A stretch of 64,000 bases of DNA, taken from assembly GCA_965223005.1 (NCBI GenBank), contig CBDCVK010000010.1, positions 489,322-553,321 on the forward strand. The letters run 5' to 3'. The position numbers and the translations under genes were made by a program. This document shows positions 31,230 to 40,739 of the stretch, piece by piece; the first letter of the stretch is position 1, and the number at the start of each line of letters is the position of its first letter. The stretch comes from Terriglobia bacterium. GTDB taxonomy: Bacteria; Acidobacteriota; Terriglobia; JAJPHL01; JAPKYU01. Below the pieces are notes generated by a model. It was given only the letters and a program-made list of their open reading frames with translations. It did no database searches and was not told the origin of the DNA.

Positions 31230-33704
31230 TCAACGGGAGGCAGTCCGTTCCAGAGCCCGCTCGGTGTACCGATACACCAGGTGGTTGGTGCATACTTCGT
31301 AGTAGCGTCGCTGGGTGTACTCCTTCAAGCTGAAGGAGTGGGCATCCACAAAGGGAATCTGCGCTTCGCGCACCACCAGCCGCTGGAACACCTCGTTGGG
31401 CAAGGGGAAGGCACCACAGTGCAGCGTCACCTTTTCCGGCTGCCAGAGCAAGGGCATTTCCAGCTCGACCGGCTGGAGCGAAATCTCCTCTTGCAGTTTG
31501 TCAAACGCCTCCTCGCTCAGGCAAATCCCGGTGTTGTAGCGGACCAGGAACTCTTCCATGGCGCCTGCGGCGGCCTCTTCGGTGATGGTCTGGAACACGA
31601 ACGCCCGGAAGAGCGACTGCTTGCTGTCCAGCGCGCGGCGGGCCAGCTTGCTGCACCCGCTGAGCCGGTCGGCCAGGTTGATGGCCGAGGAGATCATGAT
31701 CCGGGTCTCGCCGTCCAGCAGGTACATGGGCGTCGAGTTCTGCCAGCAGATTCCGATGCCAATCTCCAGCCGCGGCAAGTCCGCCTTCTCGGCCCTCGCA
31801 TTGTATTGCTCGACCACGGCCATGATCTCCCGCGCCAAGCCACAGGCTCGGGCCACGGGATAACCGCCCAGCGCCGCACCTTGTTTCTCGAACATTGCCA
31901 GAATCACCGCGTCGCCCTCAATGAACACCTTCTCACCGGCGTACTTGGGCAGCAGCTTGTTCAGCGGTTCGTAAAAGTTCAGACTGAAGTGGCTGGCCGG
32001 ATTCAGGCCGCGGGCGAACAGGTCGGCGGTGAGCCGGGTGGAGTCACGCACGTCGGCTTTCAGAATCACGTGGCCTAGTATCTGTTCGCCCTGCGGCTTG
32101 TCCTCCGCCGGCAGCAGGAACTCGTACAGGGTGTTGTTGATTCGGGAAAGCTGCCGGGTTTTTTCCTCAAACAGCAGGTTGACCCGCTCCATCAGGCCTT
32201 GCAGGGCCTGTAGCAGGCAATTGTCGCGGTGGTGCCGCAGGAAATCGCGAACGAAGCGAACGAGAAAGGCGCGGAGGTCACGTGGTTGATAGGTACGCAC
32301 TCGAGCGGCGGCCTCTTCCAGAGTGGCTACGCTGGCCCGGGTCAGCTTGTAATGCGTGATCAGGTCGGCCACCTTCTTGAGTTCGGAAGGGTCCAGGAGG
32401 GCGCGTTTCAGTTGCTGCGGATGGATCGGCGGGCAGTAGTCCTGGTAGACGTTCGCCGTCTCGTAGGCGGCGGCGAAGCAGGGCAATAGCCCCAACTGCT
32501 GCGCTGCGTTATAAAATTCATCAACTAGCTGGCGCTGGATCTCTAGCCTTTCCTTCAGGGCGCTCAGTTCTTTCCGCGGTGCCTTTCGCGACTGCGCCTC
32601 AGCCAGCAGTTGCTCGGTGCGCACAGTACCGAGCAGCTGCTCCACATTTTCGGGGACGTTGAGCATCTCCGTCAGGTGCGCGTCATAGGCTTCCGTCGAC
32701 AGCCGCAGTTGTTCGGCCGACTGCCTCAGTTGTCTCTCCGGCTCCTCTAGGCGCCCCGCAAGATCGGGAGAGGCCGGAGACGGGGTCTCGGGGCGGGGAC
32801 CGAAGAGGCGTCCCAATCCCAATCCCAGCCCGCGCTCGGGAGGCTGGAGCTGGTCGCGCAAAGATGAGGTCCGGCTGGCCAATTGGTGATGCTCCTGCTG
32901 ACGGGTCTCCAGCTCACGCGCCTCCGGTCCGACTGCGTCCACCCCCTTGAGCATGGACTTCAGCCAGCGCTCCACGGATTCGTACAGGTCCGGGTCGCGG
33001 TGGAAGTTGCCCAACATGACGTACTTGGTTAGCTGAATGTAATCGTCACGGCCGGTTTCGGTGAACACCAGCGGGTGAGAAAAGTAAGTGAACCAGGGAC
33101 TGGCTTCGTCGCCGAAAAAGGATTCGCGCGTCTTGCGGACCACACCAGCCTGCACTTCGTTAGCCAGCGACAGTAATTCATTCGAAACGCGTCGGAAGAC
33201 GTTCTTCTTGTCGGCCTGAAACTCGCTGAAGATTTCCTTCAGTTGGAAGGCGCGCAAGTTCCGATCGTGGCGCGGCCCTTCATACATCCGCAGCTTGTTC
33301 TTGCCCTCCATCTGGATGCGGCCGTACTGTTGCTGCACTTCCCAGCTCAGGTACTTGAAGAGGGCGACGTTTCCCAATAGGTCGATGTCGGGGTTGCGCG
33401 CCTCCTTGGCGTGGCTGAGCGCACTGAGCAGTACCTCCTGCAACAGACGCTTGAATTCGTTGCGCTCCTGCGGCTTGGGCGGGCCCGGGTTCTGCTCCGC
33501 CAGTTCAGGCGCGCGGCTGTGCTTCATAAAGAGCTTGAGAATGTAGCCCCCGGTGAAGCCGATGAAGCGGGAGCTCAGGTGGACGTCGTGGCGGACGTTG
33601 TCCACGCCCGGCACTAGCGATGGAAAGCGCAGGTCCGGTGCGGACCCGACGAGGTGAACCGCTGCATATACGCGTTCCGGGCTGGAACGGGAGAACAGCG
33701 GCAT
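31230..33704 (-). CDS. Large cytoplasmic protein with a C-terminal class III adenylate/guanylate cyclase-like catalytic domain and an uncharacterised ~580-aa N-terminal region
   Basis: C-terminal ILKADVRDSTRL...EGDAVILAMF...LEIGIGI...ISSAINLADRL follows the CHD cyclase pattern (FADIxGFT...GDA...IGI..G.......G..VNLAARL). The N-terminus is not recognised. Confidence 0.6.
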   Translation of the reverse strand: MPLFSRSSPERVYAAVHLVGSAPDLRFPSLVPGVDNVRHDVHLSSRFIGFTGGYILKLFMKHSRAPELAEQNPGPPKPQERNEFKRLLQEVLLSALSHAKEARNPDIDLLGNVALFKYLSWEVQQQYGRIQMEGKNKLRMYEGPRHDRNLRAFQLKEIFSEFQADKKNVFRRVSNELLSLANEVQAGVVRKTRESFFGDEASPWFTYFSHPLVFTETGRDDYIQLTKYVMLGNFHRDPDLYESVERWLKSMLKGVDAVGPEARELETRQQEHHQLASRTSSLRDQLQPPERGLGLGLGRLFGPRPETPSPASPDLAGRLEEPERQLRQSAEQLRLSTEAYDAHLTEMLNVPENVEQLLGTVRTEQLLAEAQSRKAPRKELSALKERLEIQRQLVDEFYNAAQQLGLLPCFAAAYETANVYQDYCPPIHPQQLKRALLDPSELKKVADLITHYKLTRASVATLEEAAARVRTYQPRDLRAFLVRFVRDFLRHHRDNCLLQALQGLMERVNLLFEEKTRQLSRINNTLYEFLLPAEDKPQGEQILGHVILKADVRDSTRLTADLFARGLNPASHFSLNFYEPLNKLLPKYAGEKVFIEGDAVILAMFEKQGAALGGYPVARACGLAREIMAVVEQYNARAEKADLPRLEIGIGICWQNSTPMYLLDGETRIMISSAINLADRLSGCSKLARRALDSKQSLFRAFVFQTITEEAAAGAMEEFLVRYNTGICLSEEAFDKLQEEISLQPVELEMPLLWQPEKVTLHCGAFPLPNEVFQRLVVREAQIPFVDAHSFSLKEYTQRRYYEVCTNHLVYRYTERALERTASR

Positions 33705-33882
33705 CGTTTCGGCAGTCTAGCAGAAAAATCGCGACCGAGAGCAACAGAACACTGAGGGCCAAGTTCAAGTTGGAACCGGGAAGCTATGGTTTAGCCAGAG
33801 CTTCCTTGTTGCCAGCTATCGTTGCCAGCCATCACACACAGTGAGTTGCACCAAGCCAAAGAGATGGGAAAAATATGGGCGC

Positions 33883-33902
33883 GCGGAAAAGTGATTTTCC
33901 GC
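33883..33902 (+). promoter_or_regulatory. Palindrome GCGGAAAA-gtga-TTTTCCGC about 180 bp upstream of the cyclase-domain gene
   Basis: 8-bp perfect inverted repeat with a 4-nt spacer; candidate operator. Confidence 0.25.
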
Positions 33903-34128
33903 CCGCAAGAGCCCGTGATGGGGACGTGATCGAAATTGCCAGGGTCAAACTGCCGTTCAGTTTAAGAAAGTAGAGTCGAACGTGCACTCACTCGCCCACC
34001 AGCCACGTGAACTAGCTCCGCACACAGCATTCTGCTGATGGATTCCCGCCGCTGAAGGATCCTCGAAGGATCGTTGGGCCACCACTAAATGGCGGCCCTG
34101 TAATCGAAGCAGCTCTGCCCGGGGCCGG

Positions 34129-34311
34129 CTATGAGGCTCGAACCAGCAGCGGACGTGCGCGGATGGCTTCCCCCGCTGCCTCCAGAGCCGCAAGTTCGTT
34201 GTCCATCACCACAAGCCGCCGGGAAAAGCCGGCGCAACTCCAGCAAACGGCTCGCTTGATCTCATCCCGCGTCATCAGGAGTTCTCCGCAGGCGCATTGG
34301 TTAGGTTTCAT
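34129..34311 (-). CDS. Hypothetical small 4-Cys (CxC...CxxC) zinc-ribbon-like protein
   Basis: 60 aa. CACGEL...(17)...CWSC. Immediately downstream of the Sec-peroxiredoxin gene. Uncertain. Confidence 0.25.
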   Translation of the reverse strand: MKPNQCACGELLMTRDEIKRAVCWSCAGFSRRLVVMDNELAALEAAGEAIRARPLLVRAS

Positions 34312-34460
34312 CTTTCACCTCCAACGCCTGCAAAGATATGCGCGCTCCACCCGACTGGCAATAGAACGCCCGTCTCATTTTGCGTGGGACGGCAGTACTG
34401 AGTCCGCCCACCCCGATGGTACTGCGTGTCCTAGCTGGCCCGAACCCCGCTGGCTCCCGC

Positions 34461-35006
34461 TCATCCCCCGGCAGACAGACGACTGCAAACCGCATAGGCG
34501 CCGTTGGGGTCAATCGCGCTCCCGCCTTTCTCGATGTGGCGAATGATCCCCTGCTTATCCACCACGAAGGTGACCCGCAGAGCGAAGTTGCGCTCGGGAT
34601 CCAGAATCCCGTATTTCTTGCTGACCTCGCGCATGAAGTCGCTCAGAAGCGGAAACTTCACCCCGAGGTCTTCGGCGTAACGACGATTGGCGTAAGAGCT
34701 ATCCACGCTGATGCCCAGCACCTGCGAGCCGGTCTTTTCGAATTTGGCGATATCATCCTGATACGCCTTCAGTTCCTTCGTTCAACCACCCGTGAATGCC
34801 AGGACGTAGAAGGCCAGTACCACATTCTTCTTCCCCTTGAAATCGCTCAACCGGACCGGCTTGTTGTTCTGATCCGGAAGCGTGAAATCGGGCGCGGAAT
34901 CGCCTACTTTCAGATGGGTCATGACGTCGGGTGGCGGCTGAGCCGGGGCCAGACTGAGTGGCGCGGGCAGAATCAAAGCCAGTGCCAAAGCTGTTCGACA
35001 AACCAT
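34461..35006 (-). CDS. Exported PrxQ/Bcp-type peroxiredoxin with an in-frame UGA (34782-34784) at the peroxidatic Cys position: predicted selenocysteine-containing peroxiredoxin
   Basis: ORFs 34782-35183 and 34461-34721 are in the same frame, separated only by TGA. Read through, the sequence is ...VVLAFYVLAFTGG-U-TKELKAYQDDIAKFEKTGSQVLGISVDS..., matching the Prx motif FYP.DFTPGCTxE with Sec replacing Cys. Signal peptide MVCRTALALALILPAPLSLAPAQ. A SECIS-like hairpin follows the UGA, and selC lies 3.3 kb away. Confidence 0.7.
34746..34767 (-). promoter_or_regulatory. SECIS-like hairpin in the mRNA 15 nt downstream of the in-frame UGA
   Basis: mRNA: UGA acgaaggaacugaa GGCGUAUC AGGAU GAUAUCGCC. 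This is a GC-clamped stem with one bulged U and an apical loop containing GG/U. Spacing and shape are like bacterial SECIS elements. Confidence 0.45.
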
Positions 35007-35522
35007 ACGCCTACCTCCAGTTTCTTGCAATTTCGGGATTTGCACAGGATTCCGTCGATGCGCTCGTTCCTTGCACGACCCCCGAATTATGTACCCAAAT
35101 CCTGGCTTCGTCCAGTTTTTGGTAGCGGACACTCCACTGCGGCGAGGGTCCTGCAGCGGCGGTGGGAGTCCACGGCTTTCCATCTTGACACCACGAGGAC
35201 CCGAAGCTAGGATGCGCCTACACGAGAAAGGAGGTGGTCGATGTTGCAGGATCCATTATGTAGGCCCCGTGAGGTGGTCGCGCCTTAGGGCGGAATTTGC
35301 CTCAGAGCCGTCGTGTTTTCTTTCTGCTTGCCTGTGGCTGTAGAATTCCGCCTCAGGTACTCTTACGCGGCTACCGGCGCCGGGCAGGAGGGGTTGGCCC
35401 TTCGGCCCGGCGTTTCGCTTCTATCAGGGTGCTGAAAATTAGCGACTGGATCCGCTCAGAACCGTTTTCTGACGCCCGCAGTTCCTTAACTGTAACCACT
35501 TGTCAAGCCGCAACCCACTGAT

Positions 35523-36596
35523 CTAAAACAGCTTGAACTTGATGGTCAGATACTTTTTCGGGTCCTTCCGGAAGTCGGCGATCAGGCCGCGCATCTCCAG
35601 GCTGAAGGTATTGACGTTCTCATAAAACGCCTGGTCATGAAGGAACCTGCCGAAGGAACCCTCACCGCGTTCCAGCCGGCCGGCGATCTTGTCAATACGG
35701 CCCATCGCGGAATTGGCTCGGTTGTAAAACGATTCGTCCTTCAGCAGCCGGCCGACCGTCCCACGCCCCGCGTTCACGTCAGTAACCACGCGATTGGCCC
35801 GGGTCATCAACTGGTCGGCGTTTTCGTAGAGCCCGGGATCATAGATGAACCTGCCCAGGGAACCCTTGCCCTCGCGCACTTCGTCAAGCACTCCGTCCAC
35901 TTTCGTCACGCTGCTTCGGATCTCGTCGTACAGGTCTTCGGTCATGATCAGCTTGCCCAGGGTCCCCTTTCCCGCAGCAGCATTGGAAATTAGAAGGCGC
36001 GCGTCATTCACGGTCTGGTCCGCCTTCCGCCACAGCGCCTCGTCGTAGAGGAGCTTTCCCAGACTGCCTTCTCCGGACTCGACCTGCTCTATAACGCGGT
36101 CCACACGCCCCGCGATGCGATTGAGTTTGGTCATTGCGTCGGCGCCCGTAGCCAGGACCTCACTGAGTTCCGGGGTTTCCTTGAGCTTGATCTCCCCGCC
36201 GGCCTGGATCAGCGGCTGCCCGGGACTGCCCCGGGTAATATTGATGAAGCGTTGGCCCAGCAGCCCTTCGGCATCCAGGCGGGCCAGGGAGTCGGTGCGC
36301 AGTTCCTGCTGATACTTGCGCAGGATGCGCATGACCACCTCCACCGACCGGTCGGGCTCGTGGCTGCCGGAGACGCGGATTTCCGCCACGTTGCCCACGT
36401 CAATGCCGGTCAGGCGCACCGGGTCGCCGGTCTTCAACCCGGCGGCGTCCTCCATGAAGACGCTGATGAGATATTTGCGCTCCAACAGGCCTTCGCCAGT
36501 CATCAGGAAGACCACGGTGGCAAAAATGATCAGGCTGGTCAGGACCAACAGGCCAACGCGCAGTTGGGTCCACTGAAGTTGCTTGGGTTGCGGCAT
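35523..36596 (-). CDS. mlaD: MlaD / MCE-family protein (phospholipid transport substrate-binding component)
   Basis: N-terminal TM, MCE domain, then repeated ...G.GS.G.L..D..LYE.. units. Confidence 0.8.
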   Translation of the reverse strand: MPQPKQLQWTQLRVGLLVLTSLIIFATVVFLMTGEGLLERKYLISVFMEDAAGLKTGDPVRLTGIDVGNVAEIRVSGSHEPDRSVEVVMRILRKYQQELRTDSLARLDAEGLLGQRFINITRGSPGQPLIQAGGEIKLKETPELSEVLATGADAMTKLNRIAGRVDRVIEQVESGEGSLGKLLYDEALWRKADQTVNDARLLISNAAAGKGTLGKLIMTEDLYDEIRSSVTKVDGVLDEVREGKGSLGRFIYDPGLYENADQLMTRANRVVTDVNAGRGTVGRLLKDESFYNRANSAMGRIDKIAGRLERGEGSFGRFLHDQAFYENVNTFSLEMRGLIADFRKDPKKYLTIKFKLF

Positions 36597-36614
36597 GCGA
36601 CCTCCTCAAGGAAA

Positions 36615-37430
36615 CTACAAGACAAACTTTCGCACGTATGAGTCCTGCGAGCGAAACAGTTCCTGATGGCTGCCGTCGAAGACGACTTCGCCTTCGCGCA
36701 GGACCAAGAACGAAGTGTTGGTGTCCACCTGTCGACCGTCGGAATCAGCGGGCAGCAGGCGACCAGCCGTTTCATCAAAATAGTAGTTGGCCACCACGTC
36801 GGCGTCCTGGAGGCGGTGCGTCACCAGCAGGCTGCTGACGTCCTGCAGGTCGCCCAGACGGATGATCAACGAGACGATGGCACGTCCGGTGAGCGGGTCC
36901 AGGCCGCCGGTGGGCGAGTCGTAGAGCATCAGTGGCGGCTCGCCGACGAAAGCTCGAGCAATCGCCACCCGGCGGCGCATGCCGCCGGACAGCTCCGAGG
37001 GCAATTTTTGCATGGCGTCTTCCAGATCCACAAAGCGCAGTGCCTGGCGCACCCGTCGCTCCTCCTCCTCGGGCGGCAGGGCCCGGTCCCCCTGGAAGAC
37101 GTAGCCGACGTTCTCGGCCACGCTGAGCGAGTCGAACAGCGCGCTTTCCTGGAACACCATGCCGATTTTCTGCCGGATGGGCTGCAGTGTCTCCTCGCCG
37201 AACCCGGTGATGTCCTCTCCAAAAACCGAGACGCGACCCGAATCGGGACGGAACAGCCCCAGCGCCGTCTTCAGCAACACCGATTTGCCCGAGGCCGTGG
37301 CTCCCAGCAGAACCTTGGTTTCGCTGCGCGCGAGCCGGAAGCTGATGTCGTGCAGCACCGGTGCATCGTCCAGGGTCAGTTGGACCCGGTCGAACTCCAG
37401 CACTACCTCCGAACTGCGCTCCAGCGCCAT
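36615..37430 (-). CDS. mlaF: ABC transporter ATP-binding protein MlaF
   Basis: Walker A LLGATASGKS, ABC signature LSGGMRRRVAIARA, Walker B LLMLYDSPT. Confidence 0.85.
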   Translation of the reverse strand: MALERSSEVVLEFDRVQLTLDDAPVLHDISFRLARSETKVLLGATASGKSVLLKTALGLFRPDSGRVSVFGEDITGFGEETLQPIRQKIGMVFQESALFDSLSVAENVGYVFQGDRALPPEEEERRVRQALRFVDLEDAMQKLPSELSGGMRRRVAIARAFVGEPPLMLYDSPTGGLDPLTGRAIVSLIIRLGDLQDVSSLLVTHRLQDADVVANYYFDETAGRLLPADSDGRQVDTNTSFLVLREGEVVFDGSHQELFRSQDSYVRKFVL

Positions 37431-38308
37431 TACATGACGGCCAGGAGGAACTTGGTAATGAAGAAATCGGTTGCCAGGATCAGCACCGAAGCGGCCACCA
37501 CCGCTTGGGTCGTCGAGCGTCCCACCCCCTCGGTGCCGCCGCGGGTGGTCAGTCCGAAATAACAGCCCACCATGGAGACGATGAAACCGAAAACGAACGG
37601 CTTCACCAGGCCCTGGAACACGTCTTCGAAGTGCAGGGCCTGATAGGCGCTGGTCCAGTACTGGATCGGGTCCATGCGGATGATGAAGAAGGAAACCACG
37701 AAGCCGCCGATCAGACCCACGAAATCGGCGATCACCGTCAGCAGCGGCAACATCGTCACTGTAGCCACCACCCGAGGGGTCACCAGTTTCTTGCTGGGGT
37801 CGGTGCCCAGGGCGCGCATGGCGTCTATCTGCTCGCTCACCGCCATGGAGCCCAGCTCACTGGCCATGCCAGAACTGTTGCGCCCGGCCACCATCAACGC
37901 CGTCAGAACCGGTCCCAGCTCTTTGACTAGCGACAGGGCCACCAGTTGACCGGCGAGGGAGACAGCTCCGAAAGTTTGCAGCATCTGGGAGGTCTGCAAC
38001 GCCAGCACCGCCCCGGTGAAGAACCCGGCCAGGATCGCAATAGGCAGCGAGCCTACACCGATGATGTCCATCTGGACCAGAATGTCGGCCCAATAGCGGG
38101 GGCGGGAGAAGAGGTTTCTGATGGCCCGCGCGCCCAGAAAGGTGAACTCCTGGACGGCGAAGACTTTGCCTTTGGCAAAATCGGCAGGCAGGGTGAAGAT
38201 GCGGTTCAAGGTGATTCGTTTTTCCTCACCGCGCGGCTTCCAAATTCCAATGTAACACAAACTGCCCGCTCCGACGCACACGCCCCCAGCGGTACAATAG
38301 AATGCCAA
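37430..38308 (-). CDS. mlaE: ABC transporter permease MlaE
   Basis: Polytopic permease overlapping the mlaF start (ATGTAA). The N-terminus may be shorter than the ORF suggests. Confidence 0.75.
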   Translation of the reverse strand: MAFYCTAGGVCVGAGSLCYIGIWKPRGEEKRITLNRIFTLPADFAKGKVFAVQEFTFLGARAIRNLFSRPRYWADILVQMDIIGVGSLPIAILAGFFTGAVLALQTSQMLQTFGAVSLAGQLVALSLVKELGPVLTALMVAGRNSSGMASELGSMAVSEQIDAMRALGTDPSKKLVTPRVVATVTMLPLLTVIADFVGLIGGFVVSFFIIRMDPIQYWTSAYQALHFEDVFQGLVKPFVFGFIVSMVGCYFGLTTRGGTEGVGRSTTQAVVAASVLILATDFFITKFLLAVM

Positions 38309-38314
38309 CGAGCG

Positions 38315-39430
38315 ATGAGTATCCGTATCCTGGGCATCGAGTCCTCTTGCGATGAGACGGCGGCCGCGGTCGTCGAACAGGGGTCACGCGTGCTTTCCAA
38401 TGTAGTGGCATCGCAGATCGCCACCCATCAGCCCTACGGCGGAGTGGTGCCCGAACTGGCGTCGCGAGAGCACCTGAAGGCCATCGTGCCGATCGTCGGC
38501 AGAGCATTGGCGGAAGCCGGAATCGGCTGCGACGAGCTGGAGGCGGTCGCCGTCACCCAGGGGCCCGGACTGGTCGGTTCCTTGCTGGTGGGGGTGACTT
38601 ACGGCAAGGCGTTGGCCTTCTCGCGGAGCTTGCCGTTGATCAGCGTCAACCACCTGGAAGGCCACATCCACGCCGTGCTGCTAGAGCAGCGACTGGCGGG
38701 CAGCCCGGAGGTGGAGTTGCCGGCTCTGGCCCTGGTCGTCAGCGGCGGCCACACTCTAACTTGCCTGGTGGAGCAGGAGAGTGGCCGCTTCCGGTACCCG
38801 GTACTGGGCAGGACCCGCGACGATGCAGCCGGCGAAGCCTTCGACAAGGTAGCCAAGCTTCTGGGGCTCGGCTATCCGGGCGGCCCAGTCATTGACCGTC
38901 TCGCCGCTCACGGCAATGCCCACGCGGTGCGCTTCACTCCGCCAAAGATCAAAGGCAACTCGCTGGATTTTAGCTTCAGCGGCATCAAGACTGCCGTGCT
39001 GCGCTATGTGGAATCCCATGCGCTGGCCGCGGAAATCGAGCGCCGCCGCGTCCTGCTCGACCGCCAACCCCGGGTCCCGACTGAGTCTTTCCTGGAGCTA
39101 TCGAGCCCGACCACGCTGGATCTGGTGGCCAGCTTCCAGCACTCTGTGGTCGAGCAACTGGTGCAACGCACACTGGTTGCCGCCCAACTGCGCGACGTGC
39201 GTGCGATCATTGTTTCGGGCGGCGTGGCCTGCAATTCTCTGCTGCGCGCACGCTTCCAGCAGCTCCCTGGCAACCGGCGGATTCCCGTGTTCTTCCCCAG
39301 CATGGCACTTTCGACCGACAACGCGGTGATGATCGCTGCGGCCGCCTATCCCAAGTTTCTGGCCCGGGATTTCGCCGGCTTCGACCTGCCCGCAGAGCCG
39401 GGCTTACCGCTGGAGGGAAGCGCCGGCTGA
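38315..39430 (+). CDS. tsaD: tRNA N6-adenosine threonylcarbamoyltransferase TsaD (Kae1/YgjD family)
   Basis: [20 protein letters not shown]..., HLEGH, GGVACN. Start refined to ATG 38315 inside the longer 37946 ORF. Confidence 0.9.
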   Translation: MSIRILGIESSCDETAAAVVEQGSRVLSNVVASQIATHQPYGGVVPELASREHLKAIVPIVGRALAEAGIGCDELEAVAVTQGPGLVGSLLVGVTYGKALAFSRSLPLISVNHLEGHIHAVLLEQRLAGSPEVELPALALVVSGGHTLTCLVEQESGRFRYPVLGRTRDDAAGEAFDKVAKLLGLGYPGGPVIDRLAAHGNAHAVRFTPPKIKGNSLDFSFSGIKTAVLRYVESHALAAEIERRRVLLDRQPRVPTESFLELSSPTTLDLVASFQHSVVEQLVQRTLVAAQLRDVRAIIVSGGVACNSLLRARFQQLPGNRRIPVFFPSMALSTDNAVMIAAAAYPKFLARDFAGFDLPAEPGLPLEGSAG

Positions 39431-39474
39431 TAGGCAGCCCTGGCGACGGGTGCCTATTTGGCGGCGACGCGTGC

Positions 39475-39825
39475 TTACTTGGCGCGGAACACGACCCAGG
39501 AGAAGACGATCGCCGCCAGGACGCTAATGATCAGAAAAATTCCAGTGGGGATGAAGTTCCCGGTCTTGGCTACCCGCATGGAGAAATTGATCGTCAGCAA
39601 CAGCGCCGTCACCGAAGCAATGGCAAACCCCGGCCGTGGTCGGGAGCGGGACACGGCGAAGGCGCCCAGCAACACGATCGCGCTGCCGAAGCCCCCGATG
39701 AGGGAGGCGGTGCTTCCGGCGGCGCGGTAGCCCATGATGCCGCCGATCAGCATCAGCGCCGCGTAAGTTAGAAGAGCAATCGTCGCAAATCTGGTCATTG
39801 GCTGGCTCTCAGCGAAAGACAACAC
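39475..39825 (-). CDS. Small four-TM membrane protein (TMEM14-like)
   Basis: 116 aa with four hydrophobic helices. Confidence 0.45.
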   Translation of the reverse strand: MLSFAESQPMTRFATIALLTYAALMLIGGIMGYRAAGSTASLIGGFGSAIVLLGAFAVSRSRPRPGFAIASVTALLLTINFSMRVAKTGNFIPTGIFLIISVLAAIVFSWVVFRAK

Positions 39826-39834
39826 GCCGGGGGT

Positions 39835-40584
39835 TCATCGAGCGAGCTTCCGGTAGTCCTCGGCGACGATATCAACCAGGCGGCACATTTCTTGCAGCCG
39901 GGACGTCACTCGCGCTCCCAGGCGCTCTTCGAAGGTTGCATACGTGCGGCGCTTTCCAGGCACGCCGCTCACGGGGTCTTCCTTCAGATTGGCGGTGAGC
40001 AGCGTGGGCTTCTTCTCGTTGTAGCGGTGATTGAGGAGGTAGTTAATGGTGTCTTCCACCCAGTCGGAAACGCGGTTGGCTCCCAGATCGTCAATCACCA
40101 CCACTTCGGTCTCCAGTACCGGCCGCATCACCTCACGCTCGGCGGTCAGCGCCTTCGGGTTGTAGCTGGACTGGATGCGCTTCAGCAGTTCCTGGTAGTC
40201 CAGGAACAGGACTTCGGCGCCCTTCTCGACGAGGCCTTTCAGCAGAGCCACCGTCAGGTGGGTCTTGCCGACGCCGGTCTCGCCCATCAGTAGCAGGCCC
40301 TTGCCGTCCACCAGCGGGTAGTCGGCCAGGTACTGATCCACGACGCCTAAAGCTTTCCACAGCGACTCGTTGCGCGGGCCGCCCCGCGGCGGGTACAGCT
40401 CGAAATTGGTGAAGGCGCAGGCCTGGTACCGCGGCGGAATCCGCGCCGCAGCCAGTGCGCGCTCCAGGCGGGTCTGGGTGCGGCACTCGCAGGGCACCAC
40501 GGCGTCGCCGGTTCCGCTGGAGCGCCAGCCAGTGCCCGAGCACAGCGGGCACGCCACAGATGCGTCACTGATCGGCGAGGCCAT
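39835..40584 (-). CDS. DnaC/DnaI-like AAA+ ATPase with an N-terminal Cys4 zinc-binding motif (helicase-loader family)
   Basis: CPLCSGTGW...CECR zinc motif. Walker A GETGVGKTHL, Walker B VVVIDDLG. Confidence 0.65.
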   Translation of the reverse strand: MASPISDASVACPLCSGTGWRSSGTGDAVVPCECRTQTRLERALAAARIPPRYQACAFTNFELYPPRGGPRNESLWKALGVVDQYLADYPLVDGKGLLLMGETGVGKTHLTVALLKGLVEKGAEVLFLDYQELLKRIQSSYNPKALTAEREVMRPVLETEVVVIDDLGANRVSDWVEDTINYLLNHRYNEKKPTLLTANLKEDPVSGVPGKRRTYATFEERLGARVTSRLQEMCRLVDIVAEDYRKLAR

Positions 40585-40739
40585 GGCATCCAGTCCAAGC
40601 TATCCCGACACCGGGCAAATTCCGGTCCCTACAATATCGCCTTGAACGCCATGGGTCAAAGAATGCCGAGTGTCTCCTACACAGGCGCCGGAGACGCTCG
40701 TAAACACGGTGGTAGTGGCCGGGCTTTAGCTGCTCCAAT

